A DNA stretch of 64,000 bases from Octopus vulgaris (GCA_951406725.2 OX597827.1:14322001-14386000); one strand, 5' to 3'; counted from the stretch's first letter, positions 49,996 to 63,259 are shown. Notes: generated by a model not told the origin, from the letters alone. Numbers and translations: made by a program.

Positions 49996-50582
49996 CTATC
50001 ATTCAACATTTGTTTTCCACGCTAGCATCTTTTGCACGGATTTTGGAATATTTTCAATTTTTCCTTATACAGCAACAGTAAGAGAAAAAAATTAGGGTAA
50101 ATTTTTTCCAAGTTTTTTTTAGCCGTTTTCTCAGTTTCTTGATTTTTGACTTAATGTGTTTTGTCAGAGGAGGGCCGATATATGTAGGTATATGTGCATG
50201 TGTATGTATTTATATGGGTGTGTACATGTGTGTGTGTGAGTTCCTACGTTTTCAGGTTTTCCCACATGCTTGTTGGTTGTAAACAAAGTCACTGTCATTC
50301 GCTTGTAATCCATTGTGAAAGCACATTCGGGCTTCTTCTTGAGAATTCTTGACATGTTGCGCAGTCGTTGTAAACAAAAGTCTCATTCAAACAATGTCCA
50401 ACACACCGCACCGTTGGTTCTGCAAGTTCAATTCTCTAGACTAGCGTACTCTATTTCATTGTCTGCAAGGAAGCCAATGACCTCGGCAAGATTCGGAATC
50501 GGAAGGCAGTGAGTTGGAATAAATACCAAAAATCATTTGGTCCAGTGCTCGGAGAAGAAGGTCATAGAAGAAAAACCAAGTT

Positions 50583-51018
<436 letters not shown>

Positions 51019-51252
51019 AGTAGTGAAGAGCCTTGATATTTAAAGGTATCTTACTACCCCATCAGGGAGCAGAGGATGGCAACGATGCCATTGGCCTGGC
51101 TGTACGTATTTATTATCAAGACTGCGACTGGAAAAATACGTTGAAATATTTCAGCATTTAATGTTTATCTTTAAATTCTTTGATCAACAAAACCGGTTAC
51201 CAATATCAAGTTGGTGGTGTGGATAGTATGCAAAGTTGTATGTCTGCAACTA

Positions 51253-51407
51253 TGCATAGGAATGGCTGTGTGTTAAGAAGCTTGCTTCCCAACAACGTGG
51301 TTCAGGGTTCAATTCCACTGCGTAGTACCTAGTGTCTTCTACTATAGCCTTGGACTGACCAAAACCTTGTGAGTGAATCTGGTAGACGGAAACTGAAAGA
51401 AACCCAT

Positions 51408-51454
<47 letters not shown>

Positions 51455-51700
51455 TTATGTATATATATATTTATGTGTGTGGATGTGTTTGTTCCCCACC
51501 ACAGTTGCTTGACAACTGATGTTAGTGTATTTGTGTCCCTGTAACTTAGCAGTTCAGCAAGAGAGAGTGATAGAATAAGTACCAAGCTTACAAAGAATAA
51601 ATCCTGGTGGGTGAGTGGGGGTCGATTTCTTTGACTAAAAGGCTGTGCTCCAGCATGGCTACAGTCAAATGACTGAAATAAGTAAAAGAGTAGAAGAGTA
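51253..51700 (+). mobile_element. SINE family A, older subfamily
   Basis: Diverged family A consensus. Confidence 0.82.
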
Positions 51701-52849
51701 TTCAGAAAGAAAGGGCAGAACTGCTGCTCTTCAACCAAGTTTAGATGACCAACTGTCCTTGTACACATCACTAGAACTGATATTCACAAGAATGGATACA
51801 GGAGTTTCTCAGTCACTCAAACATGCTGGAAATAGCAGCTAAATTTCTTTTAAAATCTCACCCTGTCATCTTATAAAAAGAGGAAGAACCATTTAGATAA
51901 TGCAGTCTTAGTAACCTATAAAAAGGTACGATAGCCACATTTGGAATGCTTTTGATCAGAACTAAACAACAACAACAACAGCAGCAACAACAAACATACA
52001 GTGACATATTGACTGTAGACTGTACAGGAAATGCAATATGTTCAAACAACGATTCTACATGCCATGCAATAAACCATTGCATTTCAGAGTACATAGTGTT
52101 TGCCCTTGATCAAACAAAAACACAATATATCTGCTGTGCTCTGATCTGTTGAATACATCCAGTTATTTGACTGGCTAACTACATGTCATAGATCTGTTTC
52201 ACCAAGAATGACCAGAAGACACATAAGGCAGAATGTAAATTATATTTGTCAAAAACTTTTACGAGACCTAGTCAACGGATAGTAATTAATAATAGTGATG
52301 GTGATGACAATTTAAACAATTTCATAGTCTCGGCTTACCATAAAATCATTGGCTTGGCCGTCACTATCATCATTAATATAATTATATTAATATTCACTTC
52401 TTGTAGGACCCAATGGTGGAGCTACTTGGAAACTCTACCCAACAACCCACCTGGGAATAGAGGGTGGAGAAAATGGATGAATGGATATTAACATTGTAAT
52501 TATATTATTAACATTGTTAACATTATACTATTATCAACATATAAAGCTCATAGGTGTCACGATGATAACATCATAATTCAAGTCTGGTGTCCACCGATAT
52601 AATATGACAATTATCCCTCCACATCGATAATTATGTAGTGTTTCGTTACCATAAAGCTATGATAGAGGTATGAGTTTAAGAACTTTAATTTAAGAGTATA
52701 ATTTTCTGTTCATCACAATTGTAATGCTATATCATAAGTATATTATGATTTTGGTAATCATCATAGATAGCTGCATAACAACAACATTTAGCTACCGTGA
52801 AGATAGTAACATAATAATAATAATAATAATAATAATGATGATGGTGATA

Positions 52850-52881
<32 letters not shown>

Positions 52882-52921
52882 AATAATAATAATGATGATG
52901 ATGATAATAATAATAATAATA

Positions 52922-53155
52922 TATTTCTTTATTGCCCACAAGGGGCTAAACACAGAGGGGACAAACAAGGACAGACAAAGGGATTAAGTCGATTACATCG
53001 ACCCCCAGTGCGAAACTGGTTCTTTATTTATCGACCCCGAAAGGATGAAAGGCGAAGTCGACCTCGGTGGAATTTGAACTCAGAACGTAACAACGGACGG
53101 AATACCGCGAAGCATTTCGGCCCGGCGCGCTAACGTGTCTGCCAGCTCGCCACCT
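52922..53155 (-). mobile_element. SINE family B inserted in an (AAT)n/(GAT)n tract
   Basis: Reverse complement of the family B consensus; simple repeats on both sides. Confidence 0.9.
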
Positions 53156-53639
53156 TTTTTGCCAGCTCGCCTATAATAATGATAATGATGATAGTAATAA
53201 TAATAATAATAGTAATAATAATAATAATAATAGACTCATGTTAGTAACTAACTGTTTCTCATCATTTTATAATGAGATATTAGAGAAAAGAAGAGGGAAG
53301 AGAAAGTGAATAAAAGATACTGGATAACTTGATATGGTGGATGAGAATGAGTACATGAAGACGGCTGATAAAGAGAGACATGATATCTATCGTGTGTCAC
53401 GGAATAGTAAGATCATCTGCGCTAAGTAGCACATCACTTGATAATGATGAGGAATAAGCAACACAGACATACTGTATTATTGGCTTATGAAAGGTAGGAA
53501 AGTATGATAACAATTATAACAGTCATGGTAATAAGAGATTTGTATGATGTTATAATCACACAAATATAACAGAACATTAACTATCGTATTTGTTATTGCA
53601 AGAGCTTTATCTATCGCGAATCCGGGTAATGAGATTACA

Positions 53640-53682
<43 letters not shown>

Positions 53683-54239
53683 AATGCTGTGATATTAATG
53701 TGGTTAAACTTCAATGATGGTATTATGGCAACTTATCCTACTGTCTTAAATAAAGAACACATTGGAAAATAAATCCTATGCAAGGACTTTCGGAAAAGAT
53801 CTCAGTTGCTACATTATCCTAAGGCCCAAAAGAGCTGGGAAAGAAGCTCGTGACTATCCTATCTACTAGGCCCTCACTCCATAAAACCCCCAGTCACCTT
53901 GAATTTCAAGTGAGGGTAGAGAGGGAAGTGTTATCTCCCAGCAATTTTGTTAAAAGGTAGGTGGATGTAGCATGAATGGCCCAAGTGAATGAGCCTGCTC
54001 TAAGCATGCACTTGTAGATCAAGGGTAGATGAAGTGGAGAGGGCACTTGCCCTAGAGGTCAGGACAATCGTGGTTTTTGTGGGGTTTCCATGAGCAGCCT
54101 TTGGAAGGCTCCAACTTTTGGAGATTTATCTGTTATAATTTTTATTGTTATTATCGTTTTACACAATTAAATCCCATTCTTTTTATGCTGTATTGTCCTC
54201 TACCATTCCCAATTTTTTAATATAAATTCTCAGTGATGA

Positions 54240-54660
54240 ATAAATCAAAGTCGATAAAAATCGAAGTCGATCAACATCAATTGGAAATTGCAGCTGTGGT
54301 TAAGCAAACCATCCGATTGTGGCCGTTGCCAGCGCCACCCCGATTGGCCTCCGTGCCAGTGGCACATAAAACCACCATCCGTTCATGTCCGTTGCCAGCC
54401 TCGCCTGGCCCCCGTGCCGGTGGCATGTAAAAGCACCATCCGTTCATGGCCGTTTGCCAGCTCCGTCTGGCACCTGTGCGGGTGGCACGTAAAAAGCACC
54501 CACTACACTCGCGGAGTGGTTGGCGTTAGGAAGGGCATCCAGCCGTAGAAACACTGCCAGATCAGACTGGGCCTGATGCAGCCTTCTGGCTTCACAGACT
54601 CCAGTTGAACCGTCCAACCCATGCTAGCATGGAAAACGGACGCTAAATGAAGAAGAAGTG
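54240..54660 (+). mobile_element. SINE-like family C
   Basis: Three ~62-bp internal modules, conserved 3' block, (GAA)n/(GAT) tail. Confidence 0.85.
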
Positions 54661-54732
54661 ATGAATAAAGAAAAGATTATTATTATTATTGTTCCCCTCA
54701 TCCTTCACCCTTGTGCCAAATAATTGAAATTA

Positions 54733-54774
<42 letters not shown>

Positions 54775-54775
<1 letters not shown>

Positions 54776-55055
54776 GTTTTTTCCTTCTTTCTTCAAATTT
54801 TCTTCCGTTTCTCGCCGAGTGTTTTCCATACACCTAGGGCAGAGAAGGGCATTGCATGCATTCCCAGATTACACACGCAAATTCACAGATAAAATATGTA
54901 TTTAAAAATTAATAAATAAATAAATTCATGGATGGATGTTATTTTCACAGCGATAGTGCTCTTCTCAGTACATGAGCCGTTCCAGTTAATACGATTTTTT
55001 GCACTTCCTGTAGGGATGGTAAGCCTGGAATCATTTTCAAATAGGTTTCAGTACC

Positions 55056-55059
<4 letters not shown>
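54775..55059 (-). mobile_element. 3' fragment of R4/Dong-like element, subfamily 1
   Basis: Minus strand KGTETYLKMIPGLPSLQEVQKIVLTGTAHVLRRALSL*; near-identical to 22217-22500; (TTA)n on both sides. Confidence 0.85.
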
Positions 55060-55115
<56 letters not shown>

Positions 55116-55462
55116 CATTATTATTATTATTATTATTATGATACCTGTCTTTGTTTTGATATTAAAATTGAAAACAATTAATCGTGTTTGCAAAAACTTT
55201 TGGACCTGGGTTTGCACCTGCTTAACAAATTTTGTTTCTGCACTTATCATAATAATTCTCTTTAGTAATAATAGAATACCAAACAATAGTGGATTAGTAG
55301 AATCAAGTGAAATTTCTTGAGGTATTTGTTCCAGTTATTTACATTCTAAGTTCAAATCTAGCTGAGATCAACTTTTCCTCTTGTCCTTCTGGGGTCAATG
55401 AAATAAACTACCAGGCTCAGATGGTGAGGTAATGGAACTGTTAGCAACTGTGTAGAAAGCTG

Positions 55463-55507
<45 letters not shown>

Positions 55508-55852
55508 TGTTTGTCCCCCACCACCACTTGACAACCAGTGCTGGTTTGTTTACATCCCTGTTACTTAGTAGTTCGGCAAATGAAACCAACAAAATAAATG
55601 CCATGTTTCTTTTTTTAATTATAAATACTGGGGTAAATTTGTTCAATAAAACCCTTCAAGGCAGTGCTGTAGCATGGCCACAGACCAATGAGTGAAACAA
55701 GCAAAAGATTAAAAAGATAAAATGGCCAACTGTGATTGAGAGAGGGCTTTAAGGATAAGAAAATCATAACAATAATCTATAATCCATGCAAATAACAGGA
55801 GCATAGTTATATCTGATTCTCAAATAATTCCAGCATAGATTAGTTTATATAC

Positions 55853-56238
55853 GGAGGCGCAATGGCCCAGTGGTTAGGGCAGCGGACTCGCGGTAGGATC
55901 GCGGTTTCGATTCCCAGACCGGGCGTTGTGAGTGTTTATTGAGCGAAAACACCTAAAAGCTCCTCGAGGCTCCGGCAGGGGATGGTGGTGATCCCTGCTG
56001 TACTCTTTCACCACAACTTTCTCTCACTCTTACTTCCTGTTTCTGTTGTACCTGTATTTCAAAGGGGCCGGCCTTGTCACTCTCTGTGTCACGCTGAATA
56101 TCCCCGAGAACTACGTTAAGGGTACACGTGTCTGTGGAGTGCTCAGCCACTTACATGTTAATTTCACGAGCAGGCTGTTCCGTTGATTCGGATCAACCGG
56201 AACCCTCGTCGTCGTAACTGACGGAGTGCTTCCATTCC
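55853..56238 (+). mobile_element. SINE family D, full length
   Basis: tRNA-like head; (TTCCA) tail; 11-bp TSD AGTTTATATAC at 55842-55852 and 56239-56249. Confidence 0.92.
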
Positions 56239-56639
56239 AGTTTATATACTGTGCAATAATAATGCCAGCTTAAGTGATATATTACAGAAATAACAGAGTT
56301 CTCATAAAATACCACTTGAAAATAACAATTGACATAACAGCGGTGCCAATAACACAGAAATATTCTGTAAATTAATATAAGGAAATACAGTAATATATTG
56401 CACACAGTATTAAAAGCAACTGTATTAATAATAAGAGAAGAGAAAAAGAAAAAAAATCAGGTAAATTCTGAACGCAGAAATAATAGTGATAATTCACATA
56501 GTAATAACAGAAACCATAGCAATATCATCCTACACAGGTAATAGTAGCAAGAAGAAGTGATATCCCAAGGAGGGGGAAACAACAGCAATATGATATTGGT
56601 ACACAACAATAGTTACAAGAACAATATTTCCAATTATAA

Positions 56640-56665
56640 ACATACATATATATATATATATACAC

Positions 56666-56730
<65 letters not shown>

Positions 56731-57062
56731 CATACATATTTATATATATATATATATACATACATATTTATTTATATATATATATATACATACATATTTA
56801 TACATATATATGTATATAAACATATATGTATGTGTATATATGTATGTATATATATGTATATATACACACATATATATGTACAGTTGTGTGCATGTGTATG
56901 TGCATGTGTTTGTGTATATATATGTATATGTGTATGTGTATATGTATATATATTTATATGTGTTTGTATGTATGCAGATGTATATCTGTCTATCTATCTA
57001 TAAACACACACACACACGCACATACACACACACATACAGAGAGAGAGAGAGAGGAAGAGAGA
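56640..57062. repeat. Compound (TA)n/(TG)n/(CA)n/(GA)n microsatellite
   Basis: Directly visible. Confidence 0.95.
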
Positions 57063-57306
57063 GAAAGGTTAATGAAACATTTGTAACATGAAACTCTGAG
57101 TAGTAAAACAGACAACACCAGGTACATACAATAAACCATTACACCCCAGAAATATATTTAGCCCTTCTTTTATTCACTAAGCAAAAAACATGTTTATATA
57201 TACACATATACATATGTGTGTGTATACATATATGTGTGTGTGTATACATATATGTATGTGTATACATATATGTGTGTGTATACATATATGTGTGTGTATG
57301 CATATA

Positions 57307-57362
<56 letters not shown>

Positions 57363-57475
57363 TATGCATTTATATATATCGAACACAGTTCAAATTTACA
57401 GAAAAGAGAAGACAAAGACAGGTGAAGGAACAATAAGCAAGTGTATTAGTTTAAAGCCTGGGGAGAATGTAAAAG

Positions 57476-57513
57476 TTTTTGACATTTCGAGCCTATGCTC
57501 TTCAGCAGAAAAG
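57476..57513 (-). ncRNA. Degenerate minimal hammerhead-like motif (Penelope-like terminus)
   Basis: Minus strand CTTTT-CTGCTGA-A-GAGC-ATAG-GCTC-GAAA-TG-TC-AAAAA; the core deviates from CUGANGA in the register that gives a proper stem II. Confidence 0.45.
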
Positions 57514-58047
57514 ATGGAGTGGAAAAAGAATGGAGAGAGAACAAAAAAAAAATGGAGAGAAAATAATTGTTCAACATGATATATATATGTTTGTGAGTGT
57601 ATGTGTGTGATGTGTATGTATATGTATATGTGTGTGCATTTGAATATATTTATATATGTGTGTTTGTGTGTGTGTGCATGCACATTCATGTGTATGTGTG
57701 TGTGTGTGTGTATGCATGTTTTGCTGAACTAACAGTCAAAATAGAGCTTAGTTTATAAATACATATATATTTTTATATCATAATCAGCAGAAAGTTACAA
57801 AAGTGTCTCTACCTGAGAATATTGTGCATCACCTAGCTCAGCAAGTATGCACATGTGTGTGTGTTTGTGTGTGTGTGTGTGTATGTGCGTACGTGCATGT
57901 GCACATGTGTGTGCATGTACATATGTGTGTATATATAAATATATGTATTACCAGACATTGAAGCACAATGAAGTTCTTGGGCACATCAGCTCCTAACAAA
58001 TTGGCCAACCCATAACAGCGTGGAGCATGGACGTTAAATGATGATGA

Positions 58048-58097
<50 letters not shown>

Positions 58098-58125
58098 TTT
58101 ATTTAAAAGCAGCAGAAAAGTCAAC

Positions 58126-58171
58126 AAAACTGTTACTCTGAGTTTCACATTCCCGTTCGTCAGACAGTTTT
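58126..58171 (-). ncRNA. Minimal type I hammerhead ribozyme, canonical core
   Basis: Minus strand AAAACTGT-CTGACGA-ACG-GGAA-TGT-GAAAC-TCAGA-GTA-ACAGTTTT: 8-bp stem I, 3-bp stem II with GNRA loop, GUA triplet. Confidence 0.8.
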
Positions 58172-58178
58172 TGCTCGC

Positions 58179-58224
58179 AAAACTGTCCGACGAATGGGAA
58201 CATGAAACTCAGAGTAACAGTTTT
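58179..58224 (+). ncRNA. Minimal type I hammerhead ribozyme, U4-to-C variant
   Basis: AAAACTGT-CCGACGA-ATG-GGAA-CAT-GAAAC-TCAGA-GTA-ACAGTTTT. Confidence 0.7.
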
Positions 58225-58340
58225 GTTGAATTTTCTGCTGCTTTATATAAAGCATATTACTCTACCACTGGTATTTGAGTACTCTTTTTTCCACCTTGTT
58301 TCACATTTATGTGTTTACTCCGGTATATATATATATATAT

Positions 58341-58393
<53 letters not shown>

Positions 58394-58394
58394 A

Positions 58395-58467
<73 letters not shown>

Positions 58468-58828
58468 CATAATACATGTATTTAATTCCCCTTGGGAAAG
58501 AGTTTAATTGATTTAATTAACTAATTGACTTCCATAATTATAATGCTGACACATTTTTCTTCAATCTCAGAAGGCTAAATTTGAACTCAGAACCATAAAT
58601 TCGAAAACATGATTTATCAAAAAATCACTTTGTTGCTAACAACAAAATGTGCTTTTATTTTTATAAGCCTCATAATGACAGCATCAGCCTTAATAATATC
58701 TCAAAAAAAGTGTAGAAAAATTTTAATGTATTTTTCCTTAATTGATGTGATCACCGTTTCAGGGAGTTTATCATAGAAGCACAAATTATTGAGGTTAACA
58801 ATGGAAAGGAAATATGGTTTTTTTTAAA

Positions 58829-59238
58829 CTCTTTTTACTTGTTTCAGTCATTTGACTGTGGCCATGCTGGAGCACTGCCTTTAGTCGAGGAAATCGACCC
58901 CAGGACTTATTCTTTGTAAGCCCAGTACTTATTCTATCGGTCTCTTTTGCCGAACCGCTAAGTAACGGGGGACATAAACATACCAGCATCGGTTGTCAAG
59001 CAATGCTAGGGGGACAAACACAGACACACAAACATATACATACACATATACATATATATATATATATATACATATATACGATGGGCTTCTTTCAGTTTCC
59101 GTCTACCAAATCCACTCACAAGGCTTTGGTCGGCCCGAGGCTATAGTAGAAAACACTTGCCCAAGATGACACATAGTGGGACTGAACCCGGAACCATGTG
59201 GTTGGTTAGCAAGCTACTTACCACACAGCCACTCCTGC
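58829..59238 (-). mobile_element. SINE family A, near full length
   Basis: Reverse complement of the family A consensus. Confidence 0.9.
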
Positions 59239-59585
59239 AGTTGTATATATTTTCAGGCTTTTCTGAATACTTTTGGTGTTGTTAGAAAAGTATAAGAATT
59301 TTTCAAGCATTGGACTGAAACCTGACTAGAAAATTACCAGAATGTTCTACTTTACAATTCTCATTATGTACACTGCTCAGATTTTAAATTAAATGTGATA
59401 TATTTTTAATAATCTAATGAGAAAATCAGGAAAGCTAGTATAAAGAATCTTCATTATACTTTTTAGGACCTCTGTCAGTCAGTGTTGACTATGCACCTGT
59501 ATATGTATGTGTGTGCAGGCTTGGGCAAGATCTTTTGAGGAAAACTAGTAGTTACCCCATGTCAGCAAGTCTTCAGTGTACATGC

Positions 59586-59869
59586 AAATGTATGGGAAAC
59601 TACCACCTGTGTCATCTCTTGTGAAAGGTAGGAGAGTCCAGTTTGCTGGACATTGTTGCAGAGCTGAAAACGAGGTAATTTCTACTCTTCTCCTCTGGAA
59701 GCCATCTACTCGCAATACCAGAGGGCGCATAGTCTCCTACCCTGATGTAATCTCCAGGGATACAGGCATCAAGCAACAGGACCTCCTTAATGCCATGATG
59801 GACCGTAAAGTCTGGCGTAGCATGGTAAATTCCATTGTCTCGACAGCGGTCGAACAATGATGATGATGA
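59586..59869 (+). mobile_element. 5'-truncated RTE-clade LINE with (TGA)n tail and 125-bp target duplication
   Basis: Reads MYGKLPPVSSLVKGRRVQFAGHCCRAENEVISTLLLWKP..RGR..YPDVISRDTG..AMMDRKVWRSMV (RTE C-terminal pattern R.QFAGH..R / DR..WR); flank 59461-59585 repeated at 59870-59994. Confidence 0.88.
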
Positions 59870-60274
59870 TTTTAGGACCTCTGTCAGTCAGTGTTGACTA
59901 TGCACCTGTATATGTATGTGTGTGCAGGCTTGGGTAAGATCTTTTGAGGAAAACTAGTAGTTACCCCATGTCAGCAAGTCTTCAGTGTCCATGCTATTGA
60001 AGTTTATCGAAGGAGAAGTCTAGAAAATTGGACCAACATAGCTCTCATGCCAGAAAACAAAGAACCAGTAAAGCATCTAGAAGGCATGTTGCTTGACATT
60101 CTAATAGTTCCACTGAACTACACCTGGATTAATTACTATACTAATGACTATTGTAACTTCAATATTAATTACAATATCTCATTTTTGTATTTGGCTTGCA
60201 AGATTCTTGATGTAAACTTTACGTTAAAACAAATTTTGTTCTAAGTTGGTGAGGGTGGGGACCATTATGCCAAC

Positions 60275-60690
60275 AGTGGCTGTGTGGTAAGTAGCTTGCT
60301 TACCAACCACATGGTTCCGGGTTCAGTCCCACTGCGTGGCACCTTGGGCAAGTGTCTTCTACTATAGCCTCAGGCCGATCAAAGCCTTGTAAGTGGATTT
60401 GGTAGATGGAAACTGAAAGAAGCCTGTTGTATATATGTATATATATATATATATGTGTGTGTGTTTGTGTGTCTGTGTTTGTCCCCCTAGCATTGCTTGA
60501 CAACCAATGCTGGTGTGTTTATGTCCCCGTCACTTAGCGGTACGGCAAAAAAGGGACCGATAGAATAAGTACTGGGCTTACAAAGAATAAGTCCCGGGGT
60601 CGATTTGCTCGACTAAAGGCAGTGCTCCAGCATGGCCACAGTCAAATGACTGAAACAAGTAAAAGAGAGAAAGAGAAAGAGAAAAAGAGA
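60275..60690 (+). mobile_element. SINE family A
   Basis: Family A consensus. Confidence 0.9.
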
Positions 60691-60752
60691 GAATCACTGG
60701 TTCTGTTTCACTTCTTTTATAATTCTTAGTCATTTTGGGAAATCATCTAACC

Positions 60753-60958
60753 CAGGGGTGGGCAAACTACGGCCTGCGGGCTGCATGCGGCCCGCCATAG
60801 GTTTTCATGCGGCCCGCCGAGAGGAATATTTCAATTGTGTGTTTATAGGTCTATAACCGCCTTTAAAAATATTTTCACTTGATTTTTATAAATGAGGCCC
60901 GCCAAGGTTCCAAAGACGCACTGTGCGGCCCGCGATCAAAAAAGTTTGCCCACCCCTG
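60753..60958. mobile_element. hAT-family MITE
   Basis: Perfect 16-bp TIRs CAGGGGTGGGCAAACT / AGTTTGCCCACCCCTG; 8-bp TSD ATCTAACC at 60745-60752 and 60959-60966; subterminal GCGGCCCGC repeats. Confidence 0.92.
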
Positions 60959-62295
60959 ATCTAACCAGTTAACTCATGAATTCCTTAATTAATTGCTTGG
61001 TCAATCAATCAGCTAGGTTTGTCAAAGTCTCTTCATTTCCATTCACAGCTTCATCAATTATTATTGACATTATGAAACTGCTGAGAAACAACTAAATTAC
61101 AATATTAATTATAAAAAAAAATTCTGCATTCTGATTTATCCTGAAAGGATAAAAGATAAAGTTGACCTTGGCAGGACTTGAACGCAAATACCAGAGAGTC
61201 AAGACAAATGCTTCAAGGTATTCTAATACTCTAACAAATGACAATTTTCCACCTTTATACCACTTTACTATACTTTCTGTATAGATTTTGAAGGCAATAT
61301 TTTTCATTTGATCTGAGGAAAATTCTGGGATGTTATAAGGTTTAATGTAGCAGATTTCCCCTTGCTTGCTGTACACATCTTGAATGTGATATATATTTCT
61401 CTTTAATGAGAAAAGGGCGGAGAAATGCTTGGGGAATTTTCAGGCCCTCCTATAGTGACTGATCAAGATGAATAGATGTGTTAGAGGCTGCTACAGTTTT
61501 TGTTGGCAAAAAAAAGGAACATATGTGTAGGTAGCTGGGGGGTGGGGGTTGAGAGTGATGTGATTCTGTGAAGAAGACTCAGACAGTTTTTTTCCTAAGT
61601 GGTTTGAAGGTTATGACACAGGAGGTGTGATTAGATAGAGTGAAACAAATGTGTCGAAAGTGTAGAGAACGTATAAAATGTACGAAGCTCAAAAGAAAGG
61701 GAAATAACAGAGGAACCATTATAGTAGATATATATAAGTAGGAGGATGTTTAACAGGTAAGCCAGGAGGAAGGCTATGATTAGCGACCTGATTTTGAAAA
61801 TAACATTCTTTTTATGATATTATTCTTTGATGCAGTGTAGCTGATGTTTAGCCTCATGCCAAGACTGATCAAGCAGAAATCTGATCAAAAACAATCCAGC
61901 TGTGAACATCCCATCTTTTGGCTGGTGGGGTATCTAGGACTAACAACATTTATTTACTAAAATGTCCATTTTTTTTTAAAGATGACAGGGTGTGATTTCT
62001 ATGGAAATTTAGCTGCTATTTTAGCAAGTAAAATGATCGTGCAGAGCAGTGGTTCTCAACTGGGGTCCATTATGGCTCTTGGTGGTGGTGGAGGCGGCGG
62101 CGGCGGCGGCGGTGGTGGTGGTGGGTGATAGTGAGGTTCCATGTTAGATTTTGTTGTTAAAATTCATGTGCAAAAATTGCTTATACTTCAGCAAAACCCA
62201 AAATACTTTCAGTTTCTGTTTAATCAGTTTGCAATAATAAAGACAACTGTGACGACCTATCCATCACAAGACATCATAGTAATATGAGTGTAAAA

Positions 62296-62307
62296 TGATG
62301 GTGGTGG

Positions 62308-62338
<31 letters not shown>

Positions 62339-62528
62339 GGTGGTGGTGGTGGTGGTGGTGGTGGTGGTGGTGGTGGTGATGATGATGATGATAGTGGTGG
62401 TGGTGGTGGTGGTGGTGTGGTGGTGGTGGTGGTGGTGGTGGTGATGATGATGATGATAGTGGTGGTGGTGGTGGTGGTGGTGATGATGATGATGATGATG
62501 GTGGTGGTGATGATGGTGGTGGTGGTGG

Positions 62529-62562
<34 letters not shown>

Positions 62563-62585
62563 GGTGGTGGTGGTGGTGGTGGTGG

Positions 62586-62619
<34 letters not shown>

Positions 62620-62660
62620 GGTGGTGGTGGTGGTGGTGGTGGTGATGGTGGTGGTGGTGG

Positions 62661-62694
<34 letters not shown>

Positions 62695-62735
62695 GGTGGT
62701 GGTGGTGGTGGTGGTGGTGATGATGATGGTGGTGG

Positions 62736-62769
<34 letters not shown>

Positions 62770-62777
62770 GGTAGTGG

Positions 62778-62811
<34 letters not shown>

Positions 62812-62879
62812 GGTGATGATGACGATGATGATGATGATGGTGGTGGTGGTGATGATGATGATGATGATGATGGTGGTGG

Positions 62880-62910
<31 letters not shown>

Positions 62911-63050
62911 GGTGGTGATGATGATGGTGGTGGTGGTGGTGGTGATGATAATGATGATGATGATGACGATGGTGGTGGTGGTGGTGGTGGTGGTGGTGGT
63001 GGTGGTGATGGTGATGATGATGATGGTGGTGGTGGTGGTGGTGGTGGTGA

Positions 63051-63084
<34 letters not shown>

Positions 63085-63089
63085 GGTGA

Positions 63090-63123
<34 letters not shown>

Positions 63124-63131
63124 GGTGATGA

Positions 63132-63195
<64 letters not shown>

Positions 63196-63200
63196 GGTGG

Positions 63201-63246
<46 letters not shown>

Positions 63247-63255
63247 GGTGGTGAT
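62296..63255. repeat. (GGT)n/(GAT)n compound trinucleotide array, ~960 bp
   Basis: Directly visible; source of the poly-H, poly-V/M and poly-T/I ORFs. Confidence 0.96.
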
Positions 63256-63259
63256 GTAT

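Larger units (their letters stand above)
58096..58323. mobile_element. Penelope-like fold-back element inserted in (TA)n
   Basis: ~78-bp near-perfect hairpin 58096-58255 with a ~70-nt unpaired 3' extension; (TA)n at 58051-58096 and 58324-58342. Confidence 0.7.

Noticed and set aside
54305-54500. CRISPR-like repeat/spacer appearance
   Set aside because: Eukaryotic SINE-internal tandem units, variable parts only 6-11 nt, no cas genes.
54480-54555. Possible twister ribozyme upstream of GGCGTTAGGAAGGGCATCC
   Set aside because: I could not find the twister core elements by eye; a covariance-model search would be needed.
55853-55925. tRNA-like sequences at SINE heads (also 48553, 20684, 16249, 2597)
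   Set aside because: A and B boxes are present but there is no closed cloverleaf; they continue into SINE bodies.
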